NCBI GenBank assembly: GCA_963761305.1
Contig: CAVXGK010000001.1
Location: 320,001 to 384,000, forward strand
Source of the DNA: an uncultured Gemmatimonadaceae bacterium
GTDB lineage: Bacteria > Gemmatimonadota > Gemmatimonadetes > Gemmatimonadales > Gemmatimonadaceae
Direction: 5' to 3'
DNA: 64,000 nt
Shown: positions 1 to 9,774 of the stretch, one piece after another
Layout: each line of letters opens with the position of its first letter
Numbering within the stretch: the first letter of the stretch is position 1
The notes under the pieces: model-generated
Databases searched by the model: none
The model's input: the letters and a program-made list of their open reading frames with translations, nothing else
What the model was told of the DNA's origin: nothing
Position numbers and translations under genes: made by a program

Positions 1-382
1 ACAGATTCTCGTGAATCTCGCCGCGAACGCGGTGAAATTCTGCGGCGACGGGGGCATCGTCCGCATCTCGTGTCAGGACGACGGCGCCAACGTGCGATTC
101 GACGTGACGGACAACGGCCCGGGCATCCCGGGCGACCGCCTGCGTGACATTTTCGAGCCGTACGTCCAGCTCTCCACGCCGCTCGAGGGATTCGGCGGAA
201 CGGGTCTCGGCCTCGCGATCAGCCGCGAGTTCGCCGCCGGGATGCACGGGCAGCTCAGCGTGGCGAGCAACCTCGGACGCGGGTCGGTGTTCACGCTGCG
301 CGTGCCGACGGCGGTGGTGGAGGTCGCGACAACCACGCAAACGTCGGCCAGCACCTTGGCCGACAGCGCGCCGGCCGCGTAG
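1..382 (+). CDS. sensor histidine kinase, C-terminal HATPase domain (5' partial)
   Basis: N box (NLAANAVKF), G1 (DNGPGI), F box (IFEPY), G2 (GTGLGL); frame is open to the window edge. Confidence 0.93.
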   Translation, partial: QILVNLAANAVKFCGDGGIVRISCQDDGANVRFDVTDNGPGIPGDRLRDIFEPYVQLSTPLEGFGGTGLGLAISREFAAGMHGQLSVASNLGRGSVFTLRVPTAVVEVATTTQTSASTLADSAPAA

Positions 383-388
383 CGACTC

Positions 389-808
389 GTGCACGATCTC
401 GACCTTCCGACGCGTCGTCGTTCGCTCTGCACCGTCCTGGTGGTGGACGACGACGACGGCTGCCGCCTCGCCGAGCGCGTGGTGCTGGAGCACTATGGCT
501 TCGTGGTGCGCGAGGCGAGCCGGGGGCTCGACGCGCTCGCGCTCGCTCAGATGAGCCGGCCACACGTCGTCCTTCTCGATATGGTATTGCCGGAGATCGA
601 CGGGTCGCAGCTCGCCCGTATGCTTCGCTCGGATCCGGCCCTGCGACACTCGGCGCTCGTCGCCGTCTCGGCGTCCAACGGGAGCGGAGAACGCCAACGC
701 GCGATGGATGCCGGATGCGATGAATTTCTTTACAAGCCGATCACGCCTGCGTCGCTCGCAAACGTCATCATCCGGCACGCGCGACATCCGCACCACGTAC
801 GACTTTGA
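389..808 (+). CDS. single-domain response regulator (CheY-like receiver)
   Basis: VLVVDDD, phosphoacceptor LLDMVLP, FLYKPI. Confidence 0.9.
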   Translation: MHDLDLPTRRRSLCTVLVVDDDDGCRLAERVVLEHYGFVVREASRGLDALALAQMSRPHVVLLDMVLPEIDGSQLARMLRSDPALRHSALVAVSASNGSGERQRAMDAGCDEFLYKPITPASLANVIIRHARHPHHVRL

Positions 809-930
809 TCCTATGTCGCCGACGACCTGTGCGGGGCAACTATGCCATCCGCACGAACCCCCTCCTCAAAATGTCTCTTCCTCTTCGGCAGTCCGATCTC
901 GCGCGTCAGAGCTTCCTCAGCGCGACCAAC

Positions 931-1320
931 ATGCTTCCTCCCGTCGTCCTGGTAGTGGACGATCATGAGGAAAGTCGCACCATCGCTCGCCTGGTGCTCG
1001 AGCGCGCTGGGTTCCGCGTGGCCGAGGCCTCCACGGGGTCCGAGGGTCTGCGGCTCGCCGGGTCGTTGCGGCCGGCGGCGGTCCTGCTCGACCTGATCAT
1101 GCCGGGGCTCGACGGGTGGGAGCTGGCGCGCCAGCTCCATACCAACCCCGTGACGTCCCGCGCCGCGATCATCGCGCTCACCGCGCTGGCCACGCCCGAG
1201 GATCACGATCGTGCGCTGCTGGCCGGCTGCGACGCGGTGCTCACGAAGCCCGTGCGGCCGATCCGGATCGTCGAAACGGTCCAGGAATTCGTCGGCCCCA
1301 GCGCGGTCATTCGAATCTGA
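931..1320 (+). CDS. single-domain response regulator (DivK/CheY-like)
   Basis: VLVVDDH, LLDLIMP, ALTA, LTKPV; start could be 871. Confidence 0.9.
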   Translation: MLPPVVLVVDDHEESRTIARLVLERAGFRVAEASTGSEGLRLAGSLRPAAVLLDLIMPGLDGWELARQLHTNPVTSRAAIIALTALATPEDHDRALLAGCDAVLTKPVRPIRIVETVQEFVGPSAVIRI

Positions 1321-1377
1321 CCTGCGCCGGTTTTGGGGTACGGCCGGTCGGCGACGGCCGACGCCGACCCCTGACCG

Positions 1378-2058
1378 CTAGCTGAAGGCCGAGAGCTGCT
1401 CCACGCGAGGCGCCGTTTCTTCGGGCGCCTCTCCCTTGAGCAGGTCGAACATCCGGACCAGATCCGCGACGGATTCCGCCTGCATCTTCGTCATCACGCG
1501 CGCACGGTGGACCTTGATGGTCTTTTCCGTCGTGCCGAGCGCCGCGGCGATCTGCTTGTTGAGCCGGCCCGCCGCCACCCAGGAAAACACTTCGTGCTCG
1601 CGGCGGGTGAGTCTGCTGGCGCGCGATCGAAGTTCCGTAACGAGAGCTTCACGTTGCCACTGCTGCCGCGCGGCGTCCGCCGCGCGCCCGAGTGAGGCGA
1701 GGAGTACTGGCTCGTCGCACGGCTTCTCGAGAAAATCCAACGCGCCGGCGCGAATCGCACGCACCGAGGTCGACACGTCGCCGTGCCCCGAGAGAAACAC
1801 CGTCGGAATCTTGATGCCTCGCTCGGTGAGCATCGACTGCAGCGTCAGGCCGTCGGTGCCGGGCATGCGGAGATCGACCAGCAACATCTGCGGCTGCCAC
1901 CGTTCGAGCGACGAGAGGAACGCCGTGGCCGAGGGGAATGTCGTGACGTCGTAGCCGCACATCGACAGCATGCGCGACAACGACCGCAAGACCGTGGCAT
2001 CGTCGTCCACGAGCGCGATCTGCCACCGAGGATCGGGACTCTTCGGAATTGCTAGCAT
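1378..2058 (-). CDS. FixJ/LuxR-family DNA-binding response regulator
   Basis: receiver (LVDDD, DLRMP, SGHGD, FLEKP) plus LuxR HTH (LTRREHEV..NKQIA..TIKVHRARVMTKM). Confidence 0.95.
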   Translation of the reverse strand: MLAIPKSPDPRWQIALVDDDATVLRSLSRMLSMCGYDVTTFPSATAFLSSLERWQPQMLLVDLRMPGTDGLTLQSMLTERGIKIPTVFLSGHGDVSTSVRAIRAGALDFLEKPCDEPVLLASLGRAADAARQQWQREALVTELRSRASRLTRREHEVFSWVAAGRLNKQIAAALGTTEKTIKVHRARVMTKMQAESVADLVRMFDLLKGEAPEETAPRVEQLSAFS

Positions 2059-2068
2059 GACTGTTCCA

Positions 2069-3247
2069 CTAACAAGCAGGCAAAGTCACCCGGAATGCGG
2101 CACCGCGTTCCTCTGGTGTTTCGAGAAGCACCTGGCCACCATGCGCCTGGACGATCGCGCGAACGATCGCCAGGCCAAGCCCCGTGCCTTGACGCTTGGT
2201 CGTAACAAACGGCTCAAAAACCCGATCGCGCAAGGGCTCCGGAATGCCAAGTCCGGTGTCGTGGACCCGAATTTCGACTTCTGTCTCGGTTACGCGACGG
2301 GTCGTTACGACCACGTTACGCGCGTCCTGGGGTTGCTCGCTCACGGCTTCGATCGCGTTGAGCAGAAGGTTCATCAACACCTGCTCGAGCTGCGCGCGGC
2401 CCCCCACGACCGCCCCCGCCCCCGGATCGAGGTTCAGCTCGACGGACACTTGCCGAATGACGAAGTCACTCTTGAGAAGGCGTACGACCCCGGAAACGAT
2501 TTCGTTGACGCCGATCGTTTCGAGGATCGGATCGTCATGGCGCACGATGGCTCGCGTTCGCTTCATCACGTCCGCCGCGCGCGACGCCGCGTCGAGAATG
2601 TCGCGTGCGATCGGCTTAAGCTGGTCGTCGTCGGGCCTGCCGTTCAACAAACGATGAATCGTGGACGCGGCCGTCATGATCACCGTCAGCGGTTGATTCA
2701 GATCGTGGGCGATCGCCGTCGCCAACTCGCCGAGCGTCGCCAACCGCTGCATGTGCGTGAGGTCGTCGAGACGCCGGCGCGTCATGGACTCGGTCACCAC
2801 GAACTCGGTGATGTCGTCGTGCGTGATCAGCACGCCGTGTGTCGGCGGCTCGAGTCGGAGCGCGCGCAAACGGAACCACCGTTCGTCCGAATCGCGCGGC
2901 GCGGCGCAACAGTAGTCCAGCAGGAACTCGTCGGCGGTGCCGCGCAGCACACCGGCGATCCCCGAGGCGGCCTCGGCCGCCGACGCGTCGCCCCGCTCGC
3001 CCGCCCACCGCGCGACATCCAAATAGTTGGTGCCGATGAACGCGTCCTCGCGGCCGACACTCTCGGCGAGCTCGGCCCACCGCTGATTCACTTCCACGAT
3101 GACGCCGGTCCGATCGACCACCACCGCCGTCGCCGGGATCGAGTTCCACACGGCGCGGTGGATTTCGTGCGCCGAGCCGCGCGTGCGAGGCGCGATCTCC
3201 CAGATGCGGGGGCCGGCGTCGTCGGCCGCGTCTCTTCCGCCGGCCAT
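2069..3247 (-). CDS. PAS-domain sensor histidine kinase (FixL/NtrB-like)
   Basis: PAS-like region, H box AHDLNQPL, EQVLMNLLLNA, GTGLGL; immediately upstream of the FixJ-like gene; start uncertain. Confidence 0.9.
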   Translation of the reverse strand: MAGGRDAADDAGPRIWEIAPRTRGSAHEIHRAVWNSIPATAVVVDRTGVIVEVNQRWAELAESVGREDAFIGTNYLDVARWAGERGDASAAEAASGIAGVLRGTADEFLLDYCCAAPRDSDERWFRLRALRLEPPTHGVLITHDDITEFVVTESMTRRRLDDLTHMQRLATLGELATAIAHDLNQPLTVIMTAASTIHRLLNGRPDDDQLKPIARDILDAASRAADVMKRTRAIVRHDDPILETIGVNEIVSGVVRLLKSDFVIRQVSVELNLDPGAGAVVGGRAQLEQVLMNLLLNAIEAVSEQPQDARNVVVTTRRVTETEVEIRVHDTGLGIPEPLRDRVFEPFVTTKRQGTGLGLAIVRAIVQAHGGQVLLETPEERGAAFRVTLPAC

Positions 3248-3453
3248 CGTGCGCAGCCCACCCCGTACAGTCCATTGGACCGCACCAAGGGCGCCGACCG
3301 CGTTTGGATGTTCGACACCAAGTCCGCGCATTGGGCACCGAAAGGTCCCCGCTTCGCGCTTCGGCCGTCTCCGGCAGAAGCCGCGCCCGGGGTGGGGCCG
3401 CAATATTATGATACAGTTCCCCGACGGCCTAGAGTCCCCCTCTCGGCGGCATG

Positions 3454-3469
3454 TTGGACGTTGGTCCAA
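3454..3469. promoter_or_regulatory. palindromic box TTGGAC-N4-GTCCAA
   Basis: 6-4-6 inverted repeat with perfect arms upstream of the HK/FixJ operon; related copies at 4494, 4430 and 9701. Confidence 0.5.
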
Positions 3470-3581
3470 TGGTCAATGGTTCACCATAAGCCGTATCCCG
3501 TCGGTCACGGCAGAACCACGAGCGACCCCGGGGCCGTCGCGGCAGGCTTCCGCGGTCGCTGAAGTCGCTCGAGAAAGCGGA

Positions 3582-4319
3582 TCACGGAGCGGTTGGCACC
3601 GCCGATCGTGACGGAGCCGTCAGAAACGGCGACAGCGCGAACATCTGGTCGATGGCGGTCGCGGCGCGAGCCGACGTGACGCCGCCGCTGAGCATGCCCG
3701 TCGCGACGCCCGCCCACGCCGACGTGACCGTCTTCGGCGTCGGGTCGATGCTCGACGTCGGAATAAGGTCGACGATCAGCGTACCACGAGCATATGAAGT
3801 CGTGCCGATCAGCGGAAACCAGGGATAGGCGATGCCCCACGCGGTCGTGAATCGCGGGGTGAAGAAGCTCCAACCGGAATAGAAGCCCCAGAACGTGAAC
3901 CACGAGTAGCCGACCCACGCGTTGTAATTCGACGTCGCCGTCACACCGACGAGGACGACGAAGTCGGGCCTCGCCGCGACCGGGTTGGCAACCTGCGTGT
4001 AGCCGCGGTTGAGCAGATCCTGGCGAACCTGATTCAGAATCGTTTGATCGAACATTCGCGACACGTCCTGCGGCGTTCCCGTCAACGGGAAAAGGTGCAC
4101 GATCGTATCCGGCATCGCGAACGAATGCAGCGTCGTGAAGTCGAACGTCGTATCATCGAACGTCGTCACGATCCCGTTGCCGTTCGGCACGATCAGGTTT
4201 GTGACGCCGGTGTCGTTGGTGCATGCACCGATACCGGCCAATGCGGCAATGGCGATGGCCATCGACACAACGCGCCGCGCTGTACTCGTACGCTGCCGGG
4301 TCACATGTGCCTCGATCAT
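3582..4319 (-). CDS. DUF4136-like lipoprotein
   Basis: lipobox IGAC; DFTTLHSF, L..RGY, PDFVV, GTLIVDL, W.GVA, AIDQMF; start may be at the internal Met. Confidence 0.7.
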   Translation of the reverse strand: MIEAHVTRQRTSTARRVVSMAIAIAALAGIGACTNDTGVTNLIVPNGNGIVTTFDDTTFDFTTLHSFAMPDTIVHLFPLTGTPQDVSRMFDQTILNQVRQDLLNRGYTQVANPVAARPDFVVLVGVTATSNYNAWVGYSWFTFWGFYSGWSFFTPRFTTAWGIAYPWFPLIGTTSYARGTLIVDLIPTSSIDPTPKTVTSAWAGVATGMLSGGVTSARAATAIDQMFALSPFLTAPSRSAVPTAP

Positions 4320-4493
4320 ACGTCCTCCAGAGCCCCTGCCCTATCGTTGGGTGACTCACGCGCCGCCTCGGGCACGCGTCCTCCCATGATGTGGACGAGC
4401 CTCGACGTCCCGTATTGGCTGATGGCCCGTTGGCCTTTGTTCAATCAGCGGGCGCGGCTCCGCCGGCGTTCCCGAAACGCGGATGTGGTCGGT

Positions 4494-4511
4494 AGTGGAC
4501 TAAGGTCCACT
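4494..4511. promoter_or_regulatory. palindromic box AGTGGAC-TAAG-GTCCACT
   Basis: 7-4-7 inverted repeat about 60 nt upstream of the MASE1 kinase start. Confidence 0.5.
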
Positions 4512-4573
4512 GTGTCGACTCGCGGTGCTCCCGCACGCTATACCGCGTTCGAGCAGCGTGGCCTCAAGCACGC

Positions 4574-7204
4574 ATGAACAACTCTGGAGAGGGGAGCGCT
4601 TTGTTCCGTGCGCGTCGCTGGCACCCGGCCGGGGCCGCCGTCGCGACGGCGATCGCGTATTACATCGGCGCGAATATCGGACTGGCGCTCAAACCGAGCG
4701 GCGACCCGATCTCCACGCTGTGGCCGCCGAACGCCATCCTCCTCGGCGCGTTGCTGCTCGCGCCCTCCGGCTCGTGGGCCGCGATCATTCTCGCGACGCT
4801 CCCCGCGCATCTCCTCGTCCAGCTACAAGGCGGCGTTCCGCTGCCGATGGCTTTCTCGTGGTACGTGAGCAACTGCGCCGAGGCGCTCATCGGCGCGGCG
4901 TGCATCCGCTACACCATCATGCGCCCCGTCCGCTTCGACAGCGTGCGGCGGGTCGCGATCTTCGTCGGATTCGGAGCGCTCCTCGCACCGTTCCTCTCGT
5001 CGTTCCTCGACATCGCCTTCGTCGAGTGGAACGGCTGGCAGACCGCCGGTACCGATTTCTGGTCGCTCTGGCGCACACGCTTCTTCTCGGACGTGCTCGC
5101 CATCCTCACGATCGTTCCGATCATCCTGCAGCTCGACCGGGACACGTGGAAGACGCTTCGAGCCATGCCAAGGCGTCGGTTCGTCGAAGCCGCGCTCATG
5201 GGCGCCAGCTTGTTGGTGGTGTGCGCCATCGCGCTGGGGCGCGAGCCGTCGGCCCCGCTCACAGCCCCCGTGCTGCTCTGCATTCCACTGCCGTTCTTGC
5301 TCTGGTCGGCGGTGCGTTTCGGCCCGGGCGGAGCGAGCGCGTGTCTGTTCACGTTCTCGGTTCTGTCCATCTGGGGCGCCATCAACGGCCGAGGACCCTT
5401 CGTCGCGCCGCCCGACCCGGACGACATTCTGTCGCTCCAACTGTTCCTGATCGTCACGTACATCCCCATCATGGTGCTCGCGGCGGTCTTCTGCGAACGC
5501 GAACGCGCCGAATCGTTGGCCCGCCGCAACGAAGAACGCCTCCACTTGGTGCTCGACTCCGCGCAGATGGGCACCTGGGATCTCGACATCTCGTCCGGCC
5601 GCACGACTCTCTCCGTTCGCTCACGCGAGATCTTCGGCCTGTCGCATTCGCCGTTGGAGGTCGGCTGGTCGACGTTCACCGCATCGCTCGACGACGCCGA
5701 GCGTGCGCGCGTCGAAGCGGCGACGTCTCGCGCCATCGAATTCGACGAGCCGTTCGAAGTCGAGGCGCGGGTCGAGCTGCCCTCGGCCATCACACGCTGG
5801 GTGCTGAGCAAGGGCCGCGTCGTTCGCGACGACTCCGGGCGGCCCGTGCGCATGCTCGGCATTCACGTGGACGTCACCGAGCGCAGACAAGCCGAAGCCG
5901 CGTTGCGCGAAGAGGCCACGCTCCGCGCGCTGAGCGAAGAGCTCGAGCAGCGAGTCGCCGAACGCACGGCCGAGCTCTCGCTCGTCAACCGTGTGTTGCT
6001 CGAGGAGATCGACGTGCGCGAGCGGATCGGACGCGCGCTGCGCGCTTCCGAGGAGCGTTTTGCCAAGGCATTCCGCGCCAGCCCGGACGCCATCTCCATC
6101 ATCCGGCGATCCGACGCGCGCATCATCGAGGTCAACGAGCGCTGGGTCGCGATGTTCGGCTTCGCTCGCGAGGAGGCGATCGGGCAAACGCTTCCCGCAC
6201 TCGGCATCTCGCCGCGTGATCCGCATCGCGATGGACTCGGAATGCTCTCCACGGCGCAAGGGTCGATGCGCGACGCCGAAGTCGAGCTGCGCAACCGGCG
6301 CGGCGAGATGCTGTACGCGCTCGTGACGTCCGAAACCGTCGAGGTCGCCGGCGAGCAGTGCCTGATCACGATGGTCAGAGACGTCACCGAGCGGCGCCGC
6401 GCCGAGCACGAAGTCGTCGAGCAGCGTCGACAGCTGGCGCACCTCGGGCGTGTCGCGCTGCTCGGCGAGCTCTCTGGAGCCCTCGCCCACGAGTTGAATC
6501 AGCCGCTCGCCGCGATTCTCGCCAACGCGCGCGCCGGCCAGCGCATGCTCTTCCGCGACGAGCTGGATCGCGTCGAGCTGAGCCGCATCCTCGAAGACAT
6601 CGCCGCCGACGACCGGCGCGCCGGCAGCGTCATCCACCGCGTGCGCGCGATGCTGCGACAGGGCGAGACCGAACCGCAGCGCGTCGTGGCGAACGACCTC
6701 ATTGCCGAGGTGCTCGACCTGGCGCACAGCGATCTCATTTCGCGCAGCGTGTTGGTGACCACGCGACTCGATCCGTCACTCCCGTCGGTGGCCGCCGATC
6801 GCGTGCAACTGCAGCAGGTGTTGCTCAATCTGATCGTCAATGCGTGCGACGCGATGGGAGAGAACGCAGCGACCGATCGCCGGATCTGGATCGCCACCGC
6901 GAACGAAGGCGCGGCGATCCGCGTGTCGGTCTCCGACTGCGGCGCCGGGATCAGCCGCCACCCGGTCGATTCCGTCTTCGAGCCGTTCGTCACGTCCAAG
7001 CCGCACGGGCTGGGACTCGGCCTTTCGATCTGTCGCTCGATCGTCGACGGCCACGGCGGCCGTATGTGGGCCGCGAACAACGAGGATCGCGGCGCGACGT
7101 TCACTTTCCTGCTCCCGCGCACCGAAGTCGCGCTCGAGGTGCCGCCCGTCTGGCGTTCGCCAGAGTTCTCGCACGGGCGCGCCGAGAACCCGGCGCGGAA
7201 CTGA
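4574..7204 (+). CDS. MASE1-PAS-PAS sensor histidine kinase
   Basis: MASE1 signature (LWPPNAILLG, about 8 TM), two PAS/PAC domains (DVTERR), AHELNQPL, GLGLGL. Confidence 0.93.
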   Translation: MNNSGEGSALFRARRWHPAGAAVATAIAYYIGANIGLALKPSGDPISTLWPPNAILLGALLLAPSGSWAAIILATLPAHLLVQLQGGVPLPMAFSWYVSNCAEALIGAACIRYTIMRPVRFDSVRRVAIFVGFGALLAPFLSSFLDIAFVEWNGWQTAGTDFWSLWRTRFFSDVLAILTIVPIILQLDRDTWKTLRAMPRRRFVEAALMGASLLVVCAIALGREPSAPLTAPVLLCIPLPFLLWSAVRFGPGGASACLFTFSVLSIWGAINGRGPFVAPPDPDDILSLQLFLIVTYIPIMVLAAVFCERERAESLARRNEERLHLVLDSAQMGTWDLDISSGRTTLSVRSREIFGLSHSPLEVGWSTFTASLDDAERARVEAATSRAIEFDEPFEVEARVELPSAITRWVLSKGRVVRDDSGRPVRMLGIHVDVTERRQAEAALREEATLRALSEELEQRVAERTAELSLVNRVLLEEIDVRERIGRALRASEERFAKAFRASPDAISIIRRSDARIIEVNERWVAMFGFAREEAIGQTLPALGISPRDPHRDGLGMLSTAQGSMRDAEVELRNRRGEMLYALVTSETVEVAGEQCLITMVRDVTERRRAEHEVVEQRRQLAHLGRVALLGELSGALAHELNQPLAAILANARAGQRMLFRDELDRVELSRILEDIAADDRRAGSVIHRVRAMLRQGETEPQRVVANDLIAEVLDLAHSDLISRSVLVTTRLDPSLPSVAADRVQLQQVLLNLIVNACDAMGENAATDRRIWIATANEGAAIRVSVSDCGAGISRHPVDSVFEPFVTSKPHGLGLGLSICRSIVDGHGGRMWAANNEDRGATFTFLLPRTEVALEVPPVWRSPEFSHGRAENPARN

Positions 7205-7315
7205 GACGGCATCGCTGGTTCCGGTCGAGGTCGTCTGTATCATTGTATTCCACGTGCTCCCTGCGCCGCGGTCCCGGAGATAGGATCTCGCGTCTCATCG
7301 CAGCGAGCGGTTTCC

Positions 7316-7654
7316 ATGCTGGATCTGGCCAGGACGATTCGCTTCGCGATCCCCACGGTCGTCGCGCGCGCGCTTCCCGTCTGGGACTTGTCGGCGCGGG
7401 CGCGAGTGGACGGCGACCTGGGCGCGCGTCTCGAGTACTTCGAGTATCGATATCCGCGGCGTGAGGTCGTCCTCACGTGCGCCGCGCCGATGGCGCACTT
7501 CGTTCTTCGCGAGCTGCGCGCCCTCGCCGACCGCGAGTCGACGCAGGACCGAAAAGGGCTGGCCATGGCGACGACCATGGCGATCGCTGCCGCGGAGCAG
7601 GCGATCGCCGGGACGCTCGAGACGCCGGCGAGCGTTTCACCGAGCCGACTCTAG
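7316..7654 (+). CDS. hypothetical protein
   Basis: 112-aa ORF with protein-like composition; no recognised motif. Confidence 0.55.
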   Translation: MLDLARTIRFAIPTVVARALPVWDLSARARVDGDLGARLEYFEYRYPRREVVLTCAAPMAHFVLRELRALADRESTQDRKGLAMATTMAIAAAEQAIAGTLETPASVSPSRL

Positions 7655-7956
7655 AATCCAATCATTCTAGAACGGAAAACGCCGGCGGCGCCTCTCTTCG
7701 CCACCCTTGTCGCTGATTGCGCATAGGTTCCTGATGTGGTGTGGGTGGGTGGGGGTGCGACCTGATCCATGGCAAGCGCAGGACCGCACGTTTGCCGCGC
7801 GCCTCAACGCCCCGGTCCACAACACGTTGCATCAGTTCGTCATCTGATTCTCAGACGCTTTTCCTCGTGCGACTTGCAAACCCGTCACGCACTTCGCAGC
7901 CCGCGCGCGCGACACTCGCGATTTGCCAGTCTGTTGCGGCTCTCAATCGAGCCACT

Positions 7957-8835
7957 TCACTCGCCAAGGTGCGCCTGAAAGTCGCATTGCGCCGTTGCTC
8001 CCGGGGCTGAGCATTCGCGGGCCCTCGCCAGCGCCGCGTCGATGCTCCGGAACCCGATGTCCGGACTCGGCGCCTCGACGTGGCGCCAATCCCACGACCG
8101 ATCCGGCGTGCCGAGAATTCGAAACTCACCGTCGTTGTAGCCTGCAACCCATCGTCGGAAGGCGACCCACTGTTGCCGCGTCGCCGGCCGCTTGAGCCGC
8201 GCGTCGCCGATCACCACGTCGACCGCGCGGCCGTAGGAGTGGAGCGACGTGAGCGTATACGTGCGGTGCCCCTGCCGCATGAGGTACGCCTCGCGCACCG
8301 GCGACCGGTAGGTCGCCACGACCTGTGGCGCGAAGCCGGCCGCTCTCGCGTCGGCGAGCATCCGCTCGAAATCACCTCGCACCGCCGGGTCGAGTACCGA
8401 CAACGACGTGCTCCCCACGTGCGCCGAATCGGGAAACGCGCGCAACGACGTCGACATCACGCGCCGCTCGGCCTGCTCCCACGATTCCCCCGGGCGCCGT
8501 ACCGATTCGAATCCGACGCGGTAGGAATTCACCAGACACTGCACGCACGTCTTGAGCTTGGTGTCGTACTTGAGCACGCCCTCATCAGTGTCGTCGGAGA
8601 GGTACAGGTGCGACGGGTCCTCGATACCGTAGACCCGTCGCAGGAGCGCACGCTCGTCCGGCGTAAATTGGCGGGTCGTGTACACCGGCAGGCGTTCGCC
8701 GGAGTCGGCTTCCGCGAGTTCCCCGTGCGCAACTCGCGCTTTCGACGCCGGCGATCCTCCGCAGTAGAGCGCGGCGGCCGCCAGCCCGAAGTACACGACG
8801 ACGCGCTGCAGTACCTTCGTCAGCGCGGGTGTCAT
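7957..8835 (-). CDS. M15-family Zn peptidase (D-Ala-D-Ala carboxypeptidase/endolysin-like), exported
   Basis: TYRS..Y, SLHSYGRAVD (SxHxxGxAxD), DWRHVE; N-terminal hydrophobic segment. Confidence 0.85.
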   Translation of the reverse strand: MTPALTKVLQRVVVYFGLAAAALYCGGSPASKARVAHGELAEADSGERLPVYTTRQFTPDERALLRRVYGIEDPSHLYLSDDTDEGVLKYDTKLKTCVQCLVNSYRVGFESVRRPGESWEQAERRVMSTSLRAFPDSAHVGSTSLSVLDPAVRGDFERMLADARAAGFAPQVVATYRSPVREAYLMRQGHRTYTLTSLHSYGRAVDVVIGDARLKRPATRQQWVAFRRWVAGYNDGEFRILGTPDRSWDWRHVEAPSPDIGFRSIDAALARARECSAPGATAQCDFQAHLGE

Positions 8836-8917
8836 GCTGAGAGATAAGGCAAGGACGGGACCGACAGAGAGCCTCGATTGGGCCGCCGCCCGCCCCCGCT
8901 CTACTACTATAGAATCT

Positions 8918-8944
8918 GTCCACCCGTCCACCCGTCCACCCGTC
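8918..8944. repeat. 8-mer tandem repeat (GTCCACCC)x3+
   Basis: read directly; same family at 21784 and 32955. Confidence 0.85.
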
Positions 8945-8947
8945 TTC

Positions 8948-9406
8948 ATGTACTACGCAGTCGTCGCGTGTCTCATGTTCCTCTTTCCCGCCGCGTCGAT
9001 CGCCGCGGAGGCGACGATGTACGGCGTGACGTTCGATTTTCCACTCATCGGCAGGTGGTTCGTGCTCTGGTCGGTCGGCGTGAGACTCGCGCTCGCTGGT
9101 CTTCGTCAGATCGTCCAGCCCATGTACACGGCGAGGGTGATCCTCGGCGTCCACGGCGAGGACTCCCTCATCCTCGTCCGCGAGCTCGGCTTCGCCAATC
9201 TGGCCATCGGCGCGATTGGATTGGTCAGCTTCCTTCGTCCGGAGTGGCAGCTGGCCGGTGCGCTCGCCGGCGGAATCTTTTACGTGCTCGCCGGCGTGAA
9301 TCACCTCGTGCGTCGAGGGCGCAATCGCCTCGAGAACGTCGCGATGGTCTCCGACCTCTTCGTTGGACTCATCCTTCTCGTGGTCTGCGTGTCCTCCCTG
9401 TTTTGA
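8948..9406 (+). CDS. integral membrane protein (DUF6790-like)
   Basis: about 5 TM helices; RWFVLWSVGVRL.LAGLRQ, RELGFANL, G..H. Confidence 0.7.
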   Translation: MYYAVVACLMFLFPAASIAAEATMYGVTFDFPLIGRWFVLWSVGVRLALAGLRQIVQPMYTARVILGVHGEDSLILVRELGFANLAIGAIGLVSFLRPEWQLAGALAGGIFYVLAGVNHLVRRGRNRLENVAMVSDLFVGLILLVVCVSSLF

Positions 9407-9774
9407 GATTCCGATTCGCCTGAGCGGAGGCGAGCTTGTCATCGTCCGCGCAACTCGGTGGCACGTGGAACTAGCCGCGCCCGACCCATGCGCTGGCCTG
9501 GAAAGAGATCGACTGGGAATCACCGCAGTCGTCCACAACTTGCTCGATAGCCACGCGCCGTACTTCGGGGCGTTCAACGTGAATCGGCAACCCGGCGAGC
9601 TCGAGCGTTTCCCCACCTCTTTGGGGCGCGGAGCGTGCGACTCACCCTTCGACGACCACTCGGCGCATCCGAAGACGGCCGACGCTAGCAGGTGGCCGGT
9701 TGGGACCAAAGGCCAATGGTCTGCCGATTGCACGCCCGTAGCGTCAGAGTATCATCTTCGGCATCGAGCAGAGC

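Noticed and set aside
1970..3562. 530-aa + strand ORF
   Set aside because: Antisense shadow of the PAS kinase; Arg-rich with no motifs
7650..7671. TCTAGAAT-N6-ATTCTAGA inverted repeat
   Set aside because: Single short occurrence at a stop codon; no function can be assigned
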